Assembly (NCBI GenBank): GCA_964471375.1 | Contig: CAYYFM010000046.1 | Coordinates: 1-35,576 of the forward strand | DNA from: an uncultured Gammaproteobacteria bacterium | GTDB taxonomy: Bacteria > Patescibacteriota > Patescibacteriia > UBA9934 > GWF2-40-263 | Length of the DNA stretch: 35,576 nt | Direction of reading: 5' to 3' | Part shown: piece after piece, positions 26,574 to 35,325 of the stretch | Layout of the letters: each line of letters starts with the position of its first letter | Position numbering within the stretch: position 1 is the first letter of the stretch | Translations under genes and position numbers: made by a program | Notes under the pieces: generated by a model | Seen by the model: only the letters and a program-made list of their open reading frames with translations | The model's database searches: none | Told to the model about the DNA's origin: nothing

Positions 26574-27274
26574 TTTCGGATTTTTTCTAGCTCTTCTGGT
26601 GTTCCAACAGGCTGCCAGTTATCGGCACGTTCAATTTTTATTGATAAATCACGCGTCATTTCAACAATCGTGTGCGGCAAACTGTATTCAGATTTATCGT
26701 GGACAGTCACCGTCGCGAGTGGGTAGCGAAAAAAACGTTCATCAAGAATGTATGCCCCGCATACTCGCAACTTCTCCTCTCTACTCTGACTCCCCTCCTT
26801 TTCAAGGAGGGGTTGGGGGTGGTTATCCGTCGATTCGATCCCGATAAATCGTCCATCCGCATCTTGTAACGCCGAGGCAGTAACAGGCTCCATGGTTGAC
26901 AAAACGAGTAATCCGAGTTCGTGCGCGATCAATCGTTCAAGATCAACTTTATCGTAAACATCATCCCCGTTCACCACAAGAAATTTCCCGATGAGTCGAT
27001 CTTTGACCAGATGCAGAGCGGACCCTGTTCCATCGAGCGGATCTTGGATAATATATTGGACAGGTTTTCCCTTCCACGCATTTCCAACGGCATTCTTGAT
27101 TTGTTCGTACAAATATCCGACGACGATAAAAATTTCTGTTACATCATCGGGAAGGGAAGAGAGAATATGAAAAATCAGCGGTTGACCGCAGACATCGATG
27201 AGCGCTTTCGGAGTTGAATCGGTCAGCGGACGAAGCCGAAGACCTTTGCCTGCCGCAAGAATGACTGCTTGCAT
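26558..27274 (-). CDS. Sugar-1-phosphate nucleotidyltransferase (NTP_transferase family)
   Basis: MQAVILAAGKGLRLRPLTDSTPKALIDVCGQPLI, then DGTGSAL and VVNGDDV. The start is set at ATG 27274, 1 nt after the prfA stop. An alternative start is at 27298. Confidence 0.85.
   Translation of the reverse strand: MQAVILAAGKGLRLRPLTDSTPKALIDVCGQPLIFHILSSLPDDVTEIFIVVGYLYEQIKNAVGNAWKGKPVQYIIQDPLDGTGSALHLVKDRLIGKFLVVNGDDVYDKVDLERLIAHELGLLVLSTMEPVTASALQDADGRFIGIESTDNHPQPLLEKEGSQSREEKLRVCGAYILDERFFRYPLATVTVHDKSEYSLPHTIVEMTRDLSIKIERADNWQPVGTPEELEKIRKNCLQ
26792..26812. repeat. Perfect 9-bp-stem palindrome inside the nucleotidyltransferase CDS
   Basis: CCCCTCCTT-ttc-AAGGAGGGG. It lies within a lineage-specific-looking insertion that encodes DNHPQPLLEKEGSQSREEK. 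Confidence 0.85.
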
Positions 27275-27275
27275 A

Positions 27276-28364
27276 TCATTCGTCAGAGTCGTGGACAAAT
27301 GCGTTATTCAGTTCGGCTGTTTTCAATGCAGAAATAATTTCCTCAAAATCTCCTTCCATAATTGCTGGAATATTGTGAAAATTTTGGCCGATGCGGTGGT
27401 CGGTGACGCGGTCTTGAGGAAAGTTGTATGTGCGAATTTTTTCTGAGCGATCTCCAGAACCGATTTGACCACGTACTTTATCTCCACGCTCTTTTGCCAC
27501 TTTTTCCTGTTCAAACGCAAATAAACGGGCGCGCAAAACAGAAAACGCCCGCTCTTTATTTTGGGTTTGACTTCGCTCATCCTGACATTGAACGACGAGA
27601 CCACTCGGAATATGTGTAAGCCGTACAGCAGAATACGTGGTATTCACGCTTTGCCCTCCGGCGCCACCTGACGTCATCGTGTCGATTCGAACATCTTTTG
27701 GATCGATCCTCACATCAATTTCTTCCGCCTCAGGCATAATCGCGACGGTGACGGTTGACGTATGCACACGTCCCGCCTTCTCTGTCTCCGGCACACGCTG
27801 AACACGATGGACTCCGGATTCATATTTAAGCTTGCTATAGACATTTTTTCCTTCCACCGAAAAAATAATTTCTTTATATCCACCTAAATCATTTCTATTT
27901 GCGGTAATCACGTTGATTTTCCACCCATGCTTGTCTGCGTAGCGTGTGTACATGCGAAACAATTCAGCGGCAAAAAGCGCCGATTCGTCTCCACCCGCCG
28001 CCGGACGCATTTCGACAATAGTATTTTTTTTATCGAGCGGATCTGGTGGAACGAGCGCAAGGGTGAATTCTTCTTCGAGCTTTGGTAAACGCCCTTTCAC
28101 GGCTTCGATTTCATCAAGCGCCATTTGACGCATGTCTTGATCCTTCTCATTCGCGAGCGTTGCCTCCGCGCTTTTCAAATCCAAAACAGCCTTTTCATAC
28201 ACCTCACCAACCTTAACGACCTCCCCGACATCGACATATTTTTCGTTCAGCTCCCGCAACTTTGCCATATTAGAAAGAACGCTCGAGTCACTTAACTGTG
28301 ACTCGAGCTCGCTCTTTCGCGTCTGAACTCGTTTGAGCTCGTCGAGGAGATTCATGAGAATCAA
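27276..28364 (-). CDS. prfA: Peptide chain release factor 1
   Basis: [18 protein letters not shown] carries the PxT tripeptide of the RF1 class, here [15 protein letters not shown] carries GGQ. The product is full length at about 360 aa. Confidence 0.93.
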   Translation of the reverse strand: MILMNLLDELKRVQTRKSELESQLSDSSVLSNMAKLRELNEKYVDVGEVVKVGEVYEKAVLDLKSAEATLANEKDQDMRQMALDEIEAVKGRLPKLEEEFTLALVPPDPLDKKNTIVEMRPAAGGDESALFAAELFRMYTRYADKHGWKINVITANRNDLGGYKEIIFSVEGKNVYSKLKYESGVHRVQRVPETEKAGRVHTSTVTVAIMPEAEEIDVRIDPKDVRIDTMTSGGAGGQSVNTTYSAVRLTHIPSGLVVQCQDERSQTQNKERAFSVLRARLFAFEQEKVAKERGDKVRGQIGSGDRSEKIRTYNFPQDRVTDHRIGQNFHNIPAIMEGDFEEIISALKTAELNNAFVHDSDE

Positions 28365-28367
28365 GAT

Positions 28368-28652
28368 CTATGATGCCTTTGTTGCTTTTGCCTTCTTTTT
28401 TGCACCACGCGCAGCTGTTTTTGCGCGCTTTGCAACTGTTTTTCCTGCATCTTTTTTGGTGAGTTTGTCGCCAAACTTTTCAACACGGCGAGCCGTATCG
28501 AGAATCTTTTGTTTGCCTGTATAGAATGGGTGACACGCGGCGCACAATTCAACAAAAATTTCTGCCATGGTTGAGCCAATTTCATATTTAGCTCCACACG
28601 CACAGGTGATTTTCGCCTTTTCAAAATATTCTGGATGAATTTCTTTTTTCAT
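28368..28652 (-). CDS. rpmE: 50S ribosomal protein L31 (with Lys-rich C-terminal tail)
   Basis: MKKEIHPEY...CACG...CAACHPFYTGKQK. Confidence 0.92.
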   Translation of the reverse strand: MKKEIHPEYFEKAKITCACGAKYEIGSTMAEIFVELCAACHPFYTGKQKILDTARRVEKFGDKLTKKDAGKTVAKRAKTAARGAKKKAKATKAS

Positions 28653-28741
28653 ACGGTTGATACGGACCTACGGACCGCTTCTGAATTACGAACTTTACGA
28701 GCGGAAATGTATCAAAATGACGTTTGCCTGTCAATCAAGCG

Positions 28742-30166
28742 TTAGGGTTTGAATGGTAATTTGAATTTTTTCTTGGAAATGGTTGCTGTTGGTGCGGAAA
28801 CAACAGTGGTGAAGTTTCCGGTTAATCCGTTGAGTGTTGTTGTCATGATTCCTGCAGGGATGATTGTATAGGAAGAGGTTCCGGTGACGGATATCGGAAT
28901 AGGAACAGATGAAACAGGAACAACATAGTCGTAACAAGAGGCATCTATGTACACAATATGAACGGTGCTGGGAGCGGTACCGGATGCACTCGTAATCCAA
29001 CCCGTTGTGCTGACGGAGTAGGTGCTATACAGCGGATGAGGTCCATTTTCTGTAAGCGTATTTGCTTCATCGATGGAAGTATCTCCATCGTTATCTGTTC
29101 CATCATTACAAATCTCCACGCGTCGCGTATCGTACAAATCGTCTGAGTTTGAAGAGTACCCACTGGGCGCCGTTGAGGAACAATAACTCGCGGTCGTATC
29201 AGAACCGTAGCCATCACGATCGGCATCGACATAATACGTTTGATAACTCGAAACCATTGCGTCTGCATCGTTGCAATCGGATTCTGTATCAACTCCGTCG
29301 CCGTCGTCATCTCGGACCGTACAGGTGACAGGGATAGACGCGTAGGACTCGAGTGTGTCGTCGTCTTCAGCAATGACGATCGTGATCGAGTCGGTTGACG
29401 GACAGTTTGTTGCAACAGCAATTCCTTCCTGACCAGAACCAGGCAATGTGTAGGAACCAAGCAGCGTGCTCGCTGTGTCACGCATTTCGAATAGGTCATA
29501 TCCATCGTAGACAACGTAAAGGATGCCTGTCATGTGGTCGTAGGCAAGACCTGAAAGATCTGACATACCGGATGTCGTACGAAGTTCTTCGAGAAAGGTG
29601 ACACTGCCCGTTGCAAGGTTTGGTTCAAACACATAAATATCTGCGTCCTCTTGCCAGCCTGCATAAAATAATCCTCCGGAAGTTGTCGTACCGTAGGAGT
29701 GATCGCCGTCAGGTACCCAAGCGAGTCCTTCAAGGCCAAGATTGTTTGTTTCAGTGATGTATGCAGAAAAACTCCAACGGTCGCCAGTCAGAGAACCCGT
29801 ATCAAGATCAAACGCGATCGCACTGGATGTATTTTCGTCGGCAAGATAAACAATAGAACTTGTCTCATCCGCAACCGTAACGTCTTCAAGATCGTAGCTA
29901 CGTCCAAGATCCCATTCATCGACAAGCGTACCGTCTGGTTCGACTTCAGCAATTTGACCTTCGTCGGAAACAGTAATGTAGGTGTCACGTCCAGGATGAT
30001 ACACGATACCAGAAGGCTCAAAACCAGGATCTGCTGTAAGCAGAGCAGACCCAATATCTGTCGCCGTGGATGGTCCTGGCCATGAGGAGTAGGCGAGGAC
30101 TGGGCCGACGATGAGGAAAAGGGAAATGGTGGAAATTACTGGGAATTTGAGAAATTTATTTATCAT
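28742..30166 (-). CDS. Secreted protein: SdiA-regulated/YjiK-like beta-propeller region plus Asp/Cys-rich putative metal-binding repeats
   Basis: Signal peptide MINKFLKFPVISTISLFLIVGPVLAYS. The propeller-like segment reads EPSGIVYHPGRDTYITVSDEGQIAEV...DLEDVT. The C-terminal part reads DDDGDGVDTESDCNDAD...DADRDGYGSD...ICNDGTDNDGDTSIDE. The start is set at ATG 30166. Confidence 0.7.
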   Translation of the reverse strand: MINKFLKFPVISTISLFLIVGPVLAYSSWPGPSTATDIGSALLTADPGFEPSGIVYHPGRDTYITVSDEGQIAEVEPDGTLVDEWDLGRSYDLEDVTVADETSSIVYLADENTSSAIAFDLDTGSLTGDRWSFSAYITETNNLGLEGLAWVPDGDHSYGTTTSGGLFYAGWQEDADIYVFEPNLATGSVTFLEELRTTSGMSDLSGLAYDHMTGILYVVYDGYDLFEMRDTASTLLGSYTLPGSGQEGIAVATNCPSTDSITIVIAEDDDTLESYASIPVTCTVRDDDGDGVDTESDCNDADAMVSSYQTYYVDADRDGYGSDTTASYCSSTAPSGYSSNSDDLYDTRRVEICNDGTDNDGDTSIDEANTLTENGPHPLYSTYSVSTTGWITSASGTAPSTVHIVYIDASCYDYVVPVSSVPIPISVTGTSSYTIIPAGIMTTTLNGLTGNFTTVVSAPTATISKKKFKLPFKP

Positions 30167-30249
30167 AATTTGTGCTGATGATAGCACAAAAAATGAGTTT
30201 TGTCAAGAGAAATGACAGGGAAATGACAATAAGTTTTGCGGAGATCTCT

Positions 30250-31443
30250 TTAGTTTGTGAATGTAAGCGAGTCGACGATTGTTCGGAGTGTTTGTTGCTG
30301 GCGACCGAGATTATTTTTTACGAAGCCTTGGTTTGAGAAGAGAATTCCACCAATAGATTTGTTTGGGTTGAATGCGGCGTATTCGTCTATGTCTGAAAGG
30401 ATATCTCCCCAGTCGTCCACAGATTTTGTGTACGCGTACCAAATTTGGATTCCTTGGGCGTTTGTAAACGATTCACAGCTGTCTTTCGTTTGGCACCATT
30501 GTTCAATATCATCTTCATTGGTGAAAAGTCTTGCTTGATCACCCCAGTATCCGTCACGTCCTGGAACTTCACATTCCCACGTGTCATTGATGGTGAGAAA
30601 GAGAGTTTCCATGTCATTAAATCGAGAATGAATTGTTCGATTCGTCAGACAGGTCCAAGGAGTTGTTTCAAATGTTTCTTCATGGCCAATCCCATATTCT
30701 TCTTGAGCATACACAGGGGCATAGGCAGCTGGAATTTCAAAGGAGATGCCGGTACGATCATCCTGCAACGGGATGATCGTCGCGCACGAGCTGCGTTCGG
30801 TAAACCATTCGATCGTCGACATGATTGTGCGGATGACTTCGACACGGTCGCCGAGTTCTTGATTCCAATCTTGTGCAAGGGTGAATGTGTAGAGAGATGT
30901 GTCACCAACGTTCATGAACACGGTTCCTCCAATTCCAGAAAGCCCGAGTTCATCGTCAAAGTCGTCCATGACATAATAGGCTTCACATGTACCGTTTGAG
31001 AGAGCAGGATAAAACGCATCATCCGAGTTCACTACAGAAAGATTAAATGAGAAGTCTGGATAGTTCATTTTTAACCATTCAGAAATAGTGAGTCGGTTGG
31101 CGTTTGGAATACGAGCGATTCCAAATCCTCCAAAGTCGATTCCGACTGAGTCAGTGCCCCAAGCGGTTGTGTCCCAAACAACAGGAGTCAGTTCAGATGG
31201 ATAGAGAAAACTCATGCCGATTTGTCCGGTTGTGGCGCTTTTGTAACGAACCCAGCTTTCGTCTACGTCACGTGCTGGTACAGTCGTTGGAATAGATGCT
31301 TCTGCTTTCATCTGCTCCTTTGTCGTAACTTCGACAGGGCGTGCTGCAGGAGTCTGTCCTCGAGAATTTGAGAGGCATCCCGCCCCCGTAAGAGTAATCG
31401 TCGCCATAATGGCGATAAATACCGCAGATTGTTTGATTGTCAT
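30250..31443 (-). CDS. Hypothetical lipoprotein
   Basis: Signal peptide with lipobox (AIMATITLTGAGC). The product is a 397-aa acidic, Trp-rich protein with no recognisable domain. Confidence 0.7.
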   Translation of the reverse strand: MTIKQSAVFIAIMATITLTGAGCLSNSRGQTPAARPVEVTTKEQMKAEASIPTTVPARDVDESWVRYKSATTGQIGMSFLYPSELTPVVWDTTAWGTDSVGIDFGGFGIARIPNANRLTISEWLKMNYPDFSFNLSVVNSDDAFYPALSNGTCEAYYVMDDFDDELGLSGIGGTVFMNVGDTSLYTFTLAQDWNQELGDRVEVIRTIMSTIEWFTERSSCATIIPLQDDRTGISFEIPAAYAPVYAQEEYGIGHEETFETTPWTCLTNRTIHSRFNDMETLFLTINDTWECEVPGRDGYWGDQARLFTNEDDIEQWCQTKDSCESFTNAQGIQIWYAYTKSVDDWGDILSDIDEYAAFNPNKSIGGILFSNQGFVKNNLGRQQQTLRTIVDSLTFTN

Positions 31444-31459
31444 ATTTGTGGTTAGATTA

Positions 31460-31491
31460 GAGACCTCTGCAAAAGTCCAGTGCGAGGTCTC
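31460..31491 (+). repeat. Conserved hairpin element, copy 2 (upstream of queA)
   Basis: GAGACCTC-TGCAAAAGTCCAGTGC-GAGGTCTC, 40 nt upstream of the queA ATG. It is in the same orientation relative to the downstream gene as copy 1. Confidence 0.8.
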
Positions 31492-31531
31492 ATTAGCACA
31501 TTCTACAACGAAATCATTAACTCTTGATTAC

Positions 31532-32563
31532 ATGTCAACCCCAATTACATTGTTCGACTACCATCTTCCACCTGAACAAATCGCTCAGGAACCGATGCGG
31601 CCACGGGATCACTCACGGTTGCTTTTGATGAGTCGAGAGACAGGTGAGTTACAGCATAAAAAGTTTTTTCAGATCGAAGAAGAGTTGAGGGAAGGGGATG
31701 TTTTGGTGATGAATGATTCAAAGGTGTTTAAGGCAAGGTTGAGGGGGAGAAAAGAGCCAGAAGGGCCAAATGAGCCAGAGGAGCCAAAGGATTTGGAAGT
31801 TTTTTTGTTGCGGGGAGAAGGCAAGTGTTGGTCGGCGATGGTGCGGCATGGAAAGAAGATCAACGTTGGAGATCGGATAGATTTGGGAGGACTGGTCGTG
31901 ACCGTTCTGAACAAAGATACGGACGGAACAGTGACACTTGAGTTTGACGTTGGAGTAGAAGAGGTGATCGCCTTTACAGAAACGCACGGAGAAATTCCTG
32001 TGCCGCCGTATGTCACAAAGACTCCGGATCGGTTGGAGGATTATCAGACAGTTTACGCAAAAACAGTTGGATCGGTTGCAGCGCCGACGGCGGGGTTTCA
32101 TTTTACAGATGACTTGATCGGGCGATTGAAGGGGAAGGGGGTGCAATTTGAGTTTGTCACGCTACATGTTGGGATTGGGACATTTCGACCGGTGAAAACA
32201 GAAACACTTGAAGATCATGTCATGCATAGCGAACTTGTCACGATTGAGGCCGAGACAGCAAAGCGGATTTTGCTTGCGAAACAGGAAGGGCGTCGCGTGA
32301 TCGCTGTCGGGACGACAACCGTCCGAGCGCTGGAAGGAACGCAACTGCGTGCGGGAACCCAAGATGTGAACCTATTCATCACCCCTGGTTTTGATTTCAA
32401 GATTATCGACGGTCTCATCACGAACTTCCATCTTCCAAAATCCACCCTCCTTGTTCTTGTCAGTGCATTTGCTGGTAGAGAGCACATCCTGGTTGCCTAC
32501 CAAGAAGCTGTCCGTCTCGGATATCGTTTCTTTTCCTTCGGCGACGCGATGTTTATCCATTGA
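31532..32563 (+). CDS. queA: S-adenosylmethionine:tRNA ribosyltransferase-isomerase
   Basis: LFDYHLPPEQIAQEPMRPRDHSRLL, VAAPTAGFHFT, GTTTVRALE, TNFHLPKSTLL, YRFFSFGDAM. The start is set at ATG 31532 (MSTPITLFDY). Confidence 0.92.
   Translation: MSTPITLFDYHLPPEQIAQEPMRPRDHSRLLLMSRETGELQHKKFFQIEEELREGDVLVMNDSKVFKARLRGRKEPEGPNEPEEPKDLEVFLLRGEGKCWSAMVRHGKKINVGDRIDLGGLVVTVLNKDTDGTVTLEFDVGVEEVIAFTETHGEIPVPPYVTKTPDRLEDYQTVYAKTVGSVAAPTAGFHFTDDLIGRLKGKGVQFEFVTLHVGIGTFRPVKTETLEDHVMHSELVTIEAETAKRILLAKQEGRRVIAVGTTTVRALEGTQLRAGTQDVNLFITPGFDFKIIDGLITNFHLPKSTLLVLVSAFAGREHILVAYQEAVRLGYRFFSFGDAMFIH
31751..31803 (+). repeat. EPEEPKD cassette, queA copy (in frame)
   Basis: AAAGAGCCAGAAGGGCCAAATGAGCCAGAGGAGCCAAAGGATTTGGAAGTTTTT (KEPEGPNEPEEPKDLEVF). 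It replaces the short Gly-rich turn found after ARLxGxK in canonical QueA. Confidence 0.8.
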
Positions 32564-32574
32564 TGAATTATTGT

Positions 32575-32632
32575 TTGACATGTTATGATAATATTGATAT
32601 TCTTATCTTAAGAACAATTAAGAAGAATTCTT
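32575..32632 (+). promoter_or_regulatory. Candidate promoter and operator of the toxin-antitoxin operon
   Basis: TTGACA (32575-32580), a 17-nt spacer, then TATTCT (32598-32603). TTCTTA/TAAGAA half-sites follow (32600-32614), and a perfect 10-bp palindrome AAGAATTCTT (32623-32632) abuts the ATG. Confidence 0.45.
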
Positions 32633-32836
32633 ATGACAACTACCGTGACTATCTCTTTACCCGAAGTTACTTTTAAAAAAGTCCGCGCGCAAGTTGCGAG
32701 TGGAAAATTTGCTTCCACGAGTGAGTTTTTTCGTGATCTTATTCGTCACTGGGAAGAAGATAGTCTTGTGAAGCAAATTGAAGAAAATAAAAAACAAAAA
32801 CCGATAAAGCTCAAGTCGTTTGCAGAATGGGGTTAG
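32633..32836 (+). CDS. Type II antitoxin, ribbon-helix-helix (ParD/CopG-like)
   Basis: A 67-aa protein reading TVTISLPEVTFKKVRAQVASGKFASTSEFFRDLIRHWEE, the typical RHH fold pattern. It lies immediately upstream of the RelE/ParE-like ORF. Confidence 0.75.
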   Translation: MTTTVTISLPEVTFKKVRAQVASGKFASTSEFFRDLIRHWEEDSLVKQIEENKKQKPIKLKSFAEWG

Positions 32837-32841
32837 TTGGT

Positions 32842-33096
32842 ATGGTTATTTACTACTATCCAAGTTTTCTTCGACAGGTGAAGAAATTACCAAAAGCGAT
32901 TCGTGAGTTTGCGGTTGAACAGACAAAACTGTTCATGAAAGATCCACGAGATCCTGTGTTAAAATTGCATAAACTTACTGGTCGACTGAAAGGAAATTTT
33001 GCATTTTCTATCAATTTTCGTTATCGAATCGTCTTAGAAATCAGAGGGAATCAAGCATTTTTTCATTCAATTGGCGATCATGGCGTCTACAAATAA
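32842..33096 (+). CDS. Type II toxin, RelE/ParE superfamily
   Basis: MVIYYYPSFLRQVKKLPKAIRE...DPRDPVLKLHKLTGRLKGNFAFSINFRYRIVLEI...FHSIGDHGVYK. An alternative start at ATG 32827 overlaps the antitoxin by 10 nt. Confidence 0.75.
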   Translation: MVIYYYPSFLRQVKKLPKAIREFAVEQTKLFMKDPRDPVLKLHKLTGRLKGNFAFSINFRYRIVLEIRGNQAFFHSIGDHGVYK

Positions 33097-33105
33097 GTTC
33101 TGGTC

Positions 33106-33134
33106 TTGACCATCTGATTGTTTCCTTCTATACT
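33106..33134 (+). promoter_or_regulatory. Near-consensus sigma70-type promoter for rpsB-tsf
   Basis: TTGACC (33106-33111), a 17-nt spacer, then TATACT (33129-33134), about 100 nt upstream of the rpsB ATG. Confidence 0.6.
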
Positions 33135-33140
33135 CCGGCC

Positions 33141-33232
33141 ATAAATCAAACAGAGGGAATTCAACGATTTTGCTCCTCTCCGACGTACGTCGGAGCCAAA
33201 ACGTGCCCTCGATGTCAAAAGGAGATTTTTCT
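33141..33232 (+). promoter_or_regulatory. Structured rpsB 5' leader (candidate S2 autoregulatory element)
   Basis: A perfect 18-nt palindrome CTCCGACGTACGTCGGAG lies at 33178-33195. GAGGG (near 33154) and CCCTC (near 33207) could pair around it. GGAG lies 8 nt before the ATG. Confidence 0.4.
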
Positions 33233-33985
33233 ATGTCGAAGTTACCAACCCTTGTTGAGATGTTGCAGGCCGGAGTGCACTTTGGACACCAGACGTCGCG
33301 TTGGCATCCGAAGATGGCGGATTATATTTTTGGTTCGCGTGGAGGAATTCATATTGTGGATTTGGAAAAAACCCAAACCATGCTTCCGCAAGCGCTTGAG
33401 TATGTGAAGTCTGTTGTGGCTCGTGGTGGCAACGTGATGTTTGTGGGTACGAAGCGTCAAGCACAGCCGATCGTTCGCAAGTATGCGGAGCAATGCGGCA
33501 TGCCGCATGTGACCGGTCGCTGGCTTGGAGGAACACTCACAAATTTTGTTCAGTTGAAAATTACTCTTAAACGTTTACGTACCCTTAAAGATCAGCGCGA
33601 AAAGGGTGAGTTGAAAAAATACACGAAAAAAGAACAGATCATTCTTGATCGCGAAATTTTGGAAAAAGAAGAAAAGGTTGGAGGAATTCAACTGCTTGAA
33701 AAACCACCAGAAGCGATTTTTGTCGTGGACATTCGCACAGAGAAAACCGCTGTTGACGAAGCGAACACAACCGGAACAAAAGTTGTTGCCATGTGTGATA
33801 CGAATGTGAATCCAGGCGGTGTTGACTACGTGATCCCTTCCAACGATGATGCGGTAAAAGCGATCGAACTCATCACACGTCTTGTTGCGGAGGCTGTGCA
33901 AGAAGGAAAAGCGGAAGCAGTGAAGATCGCTGCAGCCGTAGCCGCACCGAAACCTATCGATGTTGTAAAACCACCTTCCGCCTAA
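33233..33985 (+). CDS. rpsB: 30S ribosomal protein S2
   Basis: MSKLPTLVEMLQAGVHFGHQTSRWHPKMADYIFG...IHIVDLEKT. The start at 33233 has an upstream GGAG. Confidence 0.95.
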   Translation: MSKLPTLVEMLQAGVHFGHQTSRWHPKMADYIFGSRGGIHIVDLEKTQTMLPQALEYVKSVVARGGNVMFVGTKRQAQPIVRKYAEQCGMPHVTGRWLGGTLTNFVQLKITLKRLRTLKDQREKGELKKYTKKEQIILDREILEKEEKVGGIQLLEKPPEAIFVVDIRTEKTAVDEANTTGTKVVAMCDTNVNPGGVDYVIPSNDDAVKAIELITRLVAEAVQEGKAEAVKIAAAVAAPKPIDVVKPPSA

Positions 33986-34027
33986 AGCCTCTAAAATTCC
34001 TAAACCCGCTAAAGCTCCTTTTCTCCT

Positions 34028-34615
34028 ATGATCGACGCAAAACTTGTTTCTCAACTTCGTGAAATGACCGGTGCAGGCATGATGGATGCCAAGCGCGCCT
34101 TAGAAGAAACGAATGGTGACCTCGGCGCAGCTGCGGATGCATTGCGAGTGAAAGGACTCGTGAAAGCAGCTTCAAAAACGGAACGCATGACAAAAGAAGG
34201 TCGTGTGCATGCCTATTTACACGGTAATGCGAAACTCGGGGCGATGGTGGAAGTATTGTGCGAAACAGATTTTGTGGCACGCACCGAAGGATTTATCGCG
34301 ATGTGCCATGACATTGCAATGCATATTAGTGCTTCTGATCCACTTTACGTAAAACGGGAAGACGTTCCTGTAGATTTGATTGAAAAGCAAAAGGAATTAT
34401 TCCGCGCCGAAATGGCTGAGCAAGCAAAACCCGCAGAGATTGTAGAAAAAATTGTCGAAGGTAAGTTGAACAAATATTACAGCGATATTTGTCTGCTTGA
34501 ACAATCGTTTATCAAAGACGAAGATGTAACAGTAGACGAGTTCATCAAAGGAAAAGTTGCAACGATTGGTGAAAATATTCAGGTGAGCCGATTTAGCCGG
34601 TTTTCAATCGGCTAA
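34028..34615 (+). CDS. tsf: Elongation factor Ts (short form)
   Basis: LVSQLREMTGAGMMDAKRALEETNGDLGAA (UBA-like N-terminus), then VEVLCETDFVART. It lies downstream of rpsB. Confidence 0.93.
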   Translation: MIDAKLVSQLREMTGAGMMDAKRALEETNGDLGAAADALRVKGLVKAASKTERMTKEGRVHAYLHGNAKLGAMVEVLCETDFVARTEGFIAMCHDIAMHISASDPLYVKREDVPVDLIEKQKELFRAEMAEQAKPAEIVEKIVEGKLNKYYSDICLLEQSFIKDEDVTVDEFIKGKVATIGENIQVSRFSRFSIG

Positions 34616-34628
34616 GAATCGAGAGGGA

Positions 34629-34655
34629 ACAGGGCTTGCAAAGGCCCTGTTTTTC
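34629..34655 (+). terminator. Rho-independent terminator of rpsB-tsf
   Basis: ACAGGGC-ttgcaaag-GCCCTGT followed by TTTTTCTGTT. Confidence 0.75.
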
Positions 34656-34681
34656 TGTTACCGTATGGTGCTGGAGGAAAC

Positions 34682-35284
34682 TTGGATACTCATTCAATTT
34701 TTGGTGCCGTAGCTGCCGGTCTTTCGGTGTTCGCGTGTGCGTATTACATTTACACCATTCTTCGTGGTCGAACACGGCCAAGTCGATCGAGTTACTGGAT
34801 TTGGTCTGGACTTGGTACGCTGATTTTACTCACGTACATCTCATCAGGCGGTACGAACTGGTGGTTGATGGCGGTCAATACAGTTGGGACTGGCGCGATC
34901 GCTGTACTAACGATTCGGTATGGAGAAGGAGAACGGATGAATAAATGGGATCGACGATCGATCGGTCTTGCGCTTAGCAGTTTGCCCCTTTGGTTCGGAC
35001 TTTCCTGTTTCATGCCAGCTTCTGTTGCAGCACTTCCTGTTTTTATTGTCCAGATGTTTGCAGACGCCGTTGGGTGTGTTCCGACATTTGAGAAAGCATG
35101 GAACCGTCCAGAAAATGAAGACCGTTCTGCCTGGGCAGTCGCGTTTGCCTCGTACGTTGTGAACACAGGTGCTGTTCGTCAATGGACTTTGCAAGATGCA
35201 ATTTGGAACGGTTGGCTCGGCTTCGGCTGTCTTGCCGTTCTCCTCATGCTGTTTTTCCGTCCACGTTCGACGATCATCACTTGA
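34682..35284 (+). CDS. Polytopic membrane protein, function unknown
   Basis: A 200-codon ORF with a TTG start in the ORF track, so the start is uncertain. It has 5-6 hydrophobic helices and ends in a terminator. Confidence 0.6.
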   Translation: MDTHSIFGAVAAGLSVFACAYYIYTILRGRTRPSRSSYWIWSGLGTLILLTYISSGGTNWWLMAVNTVGTGAIAVLTIRYGEGERMNKWDRRSIGLALSSLPLWFGLSCFMPASVAALPVFIVQMFADAVGCVPTFEKAWNRPENEDRSAWAVAFASYVVNTGAVRQWTLQDAIWNGWLGFGCLAVLLMLFFRPRSTIIT

Positions 35285-35309
35285 GAGACCTAACTCGTCT
35301 CTCTTTTTT
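35283..35309 (+). terminator. Rho-independent terminator overlapping the stop codon of the membrane protein gene
   Basis: GAGAGAC-ctaactc-GTCTCTC followed by TTTTTTG. Confidence 0.7.
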
Positions 35310-35325
35310 GATAAGATTTTTTACA

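Noticed and set aside
30169-30190. The hairpin TTTGTGCT-gatgat-AGCACAAA and the nearby GAAATGACA x2 direct repeat, between the lipoprotein gene and the secreted-protein gene.
   Set aside because: The stem is short and there is no U-run on the transcribed (minus) strand. It overlaps the likely start region of the downstream gene. It may affect translation initiation, but the evidence is too thin to call.
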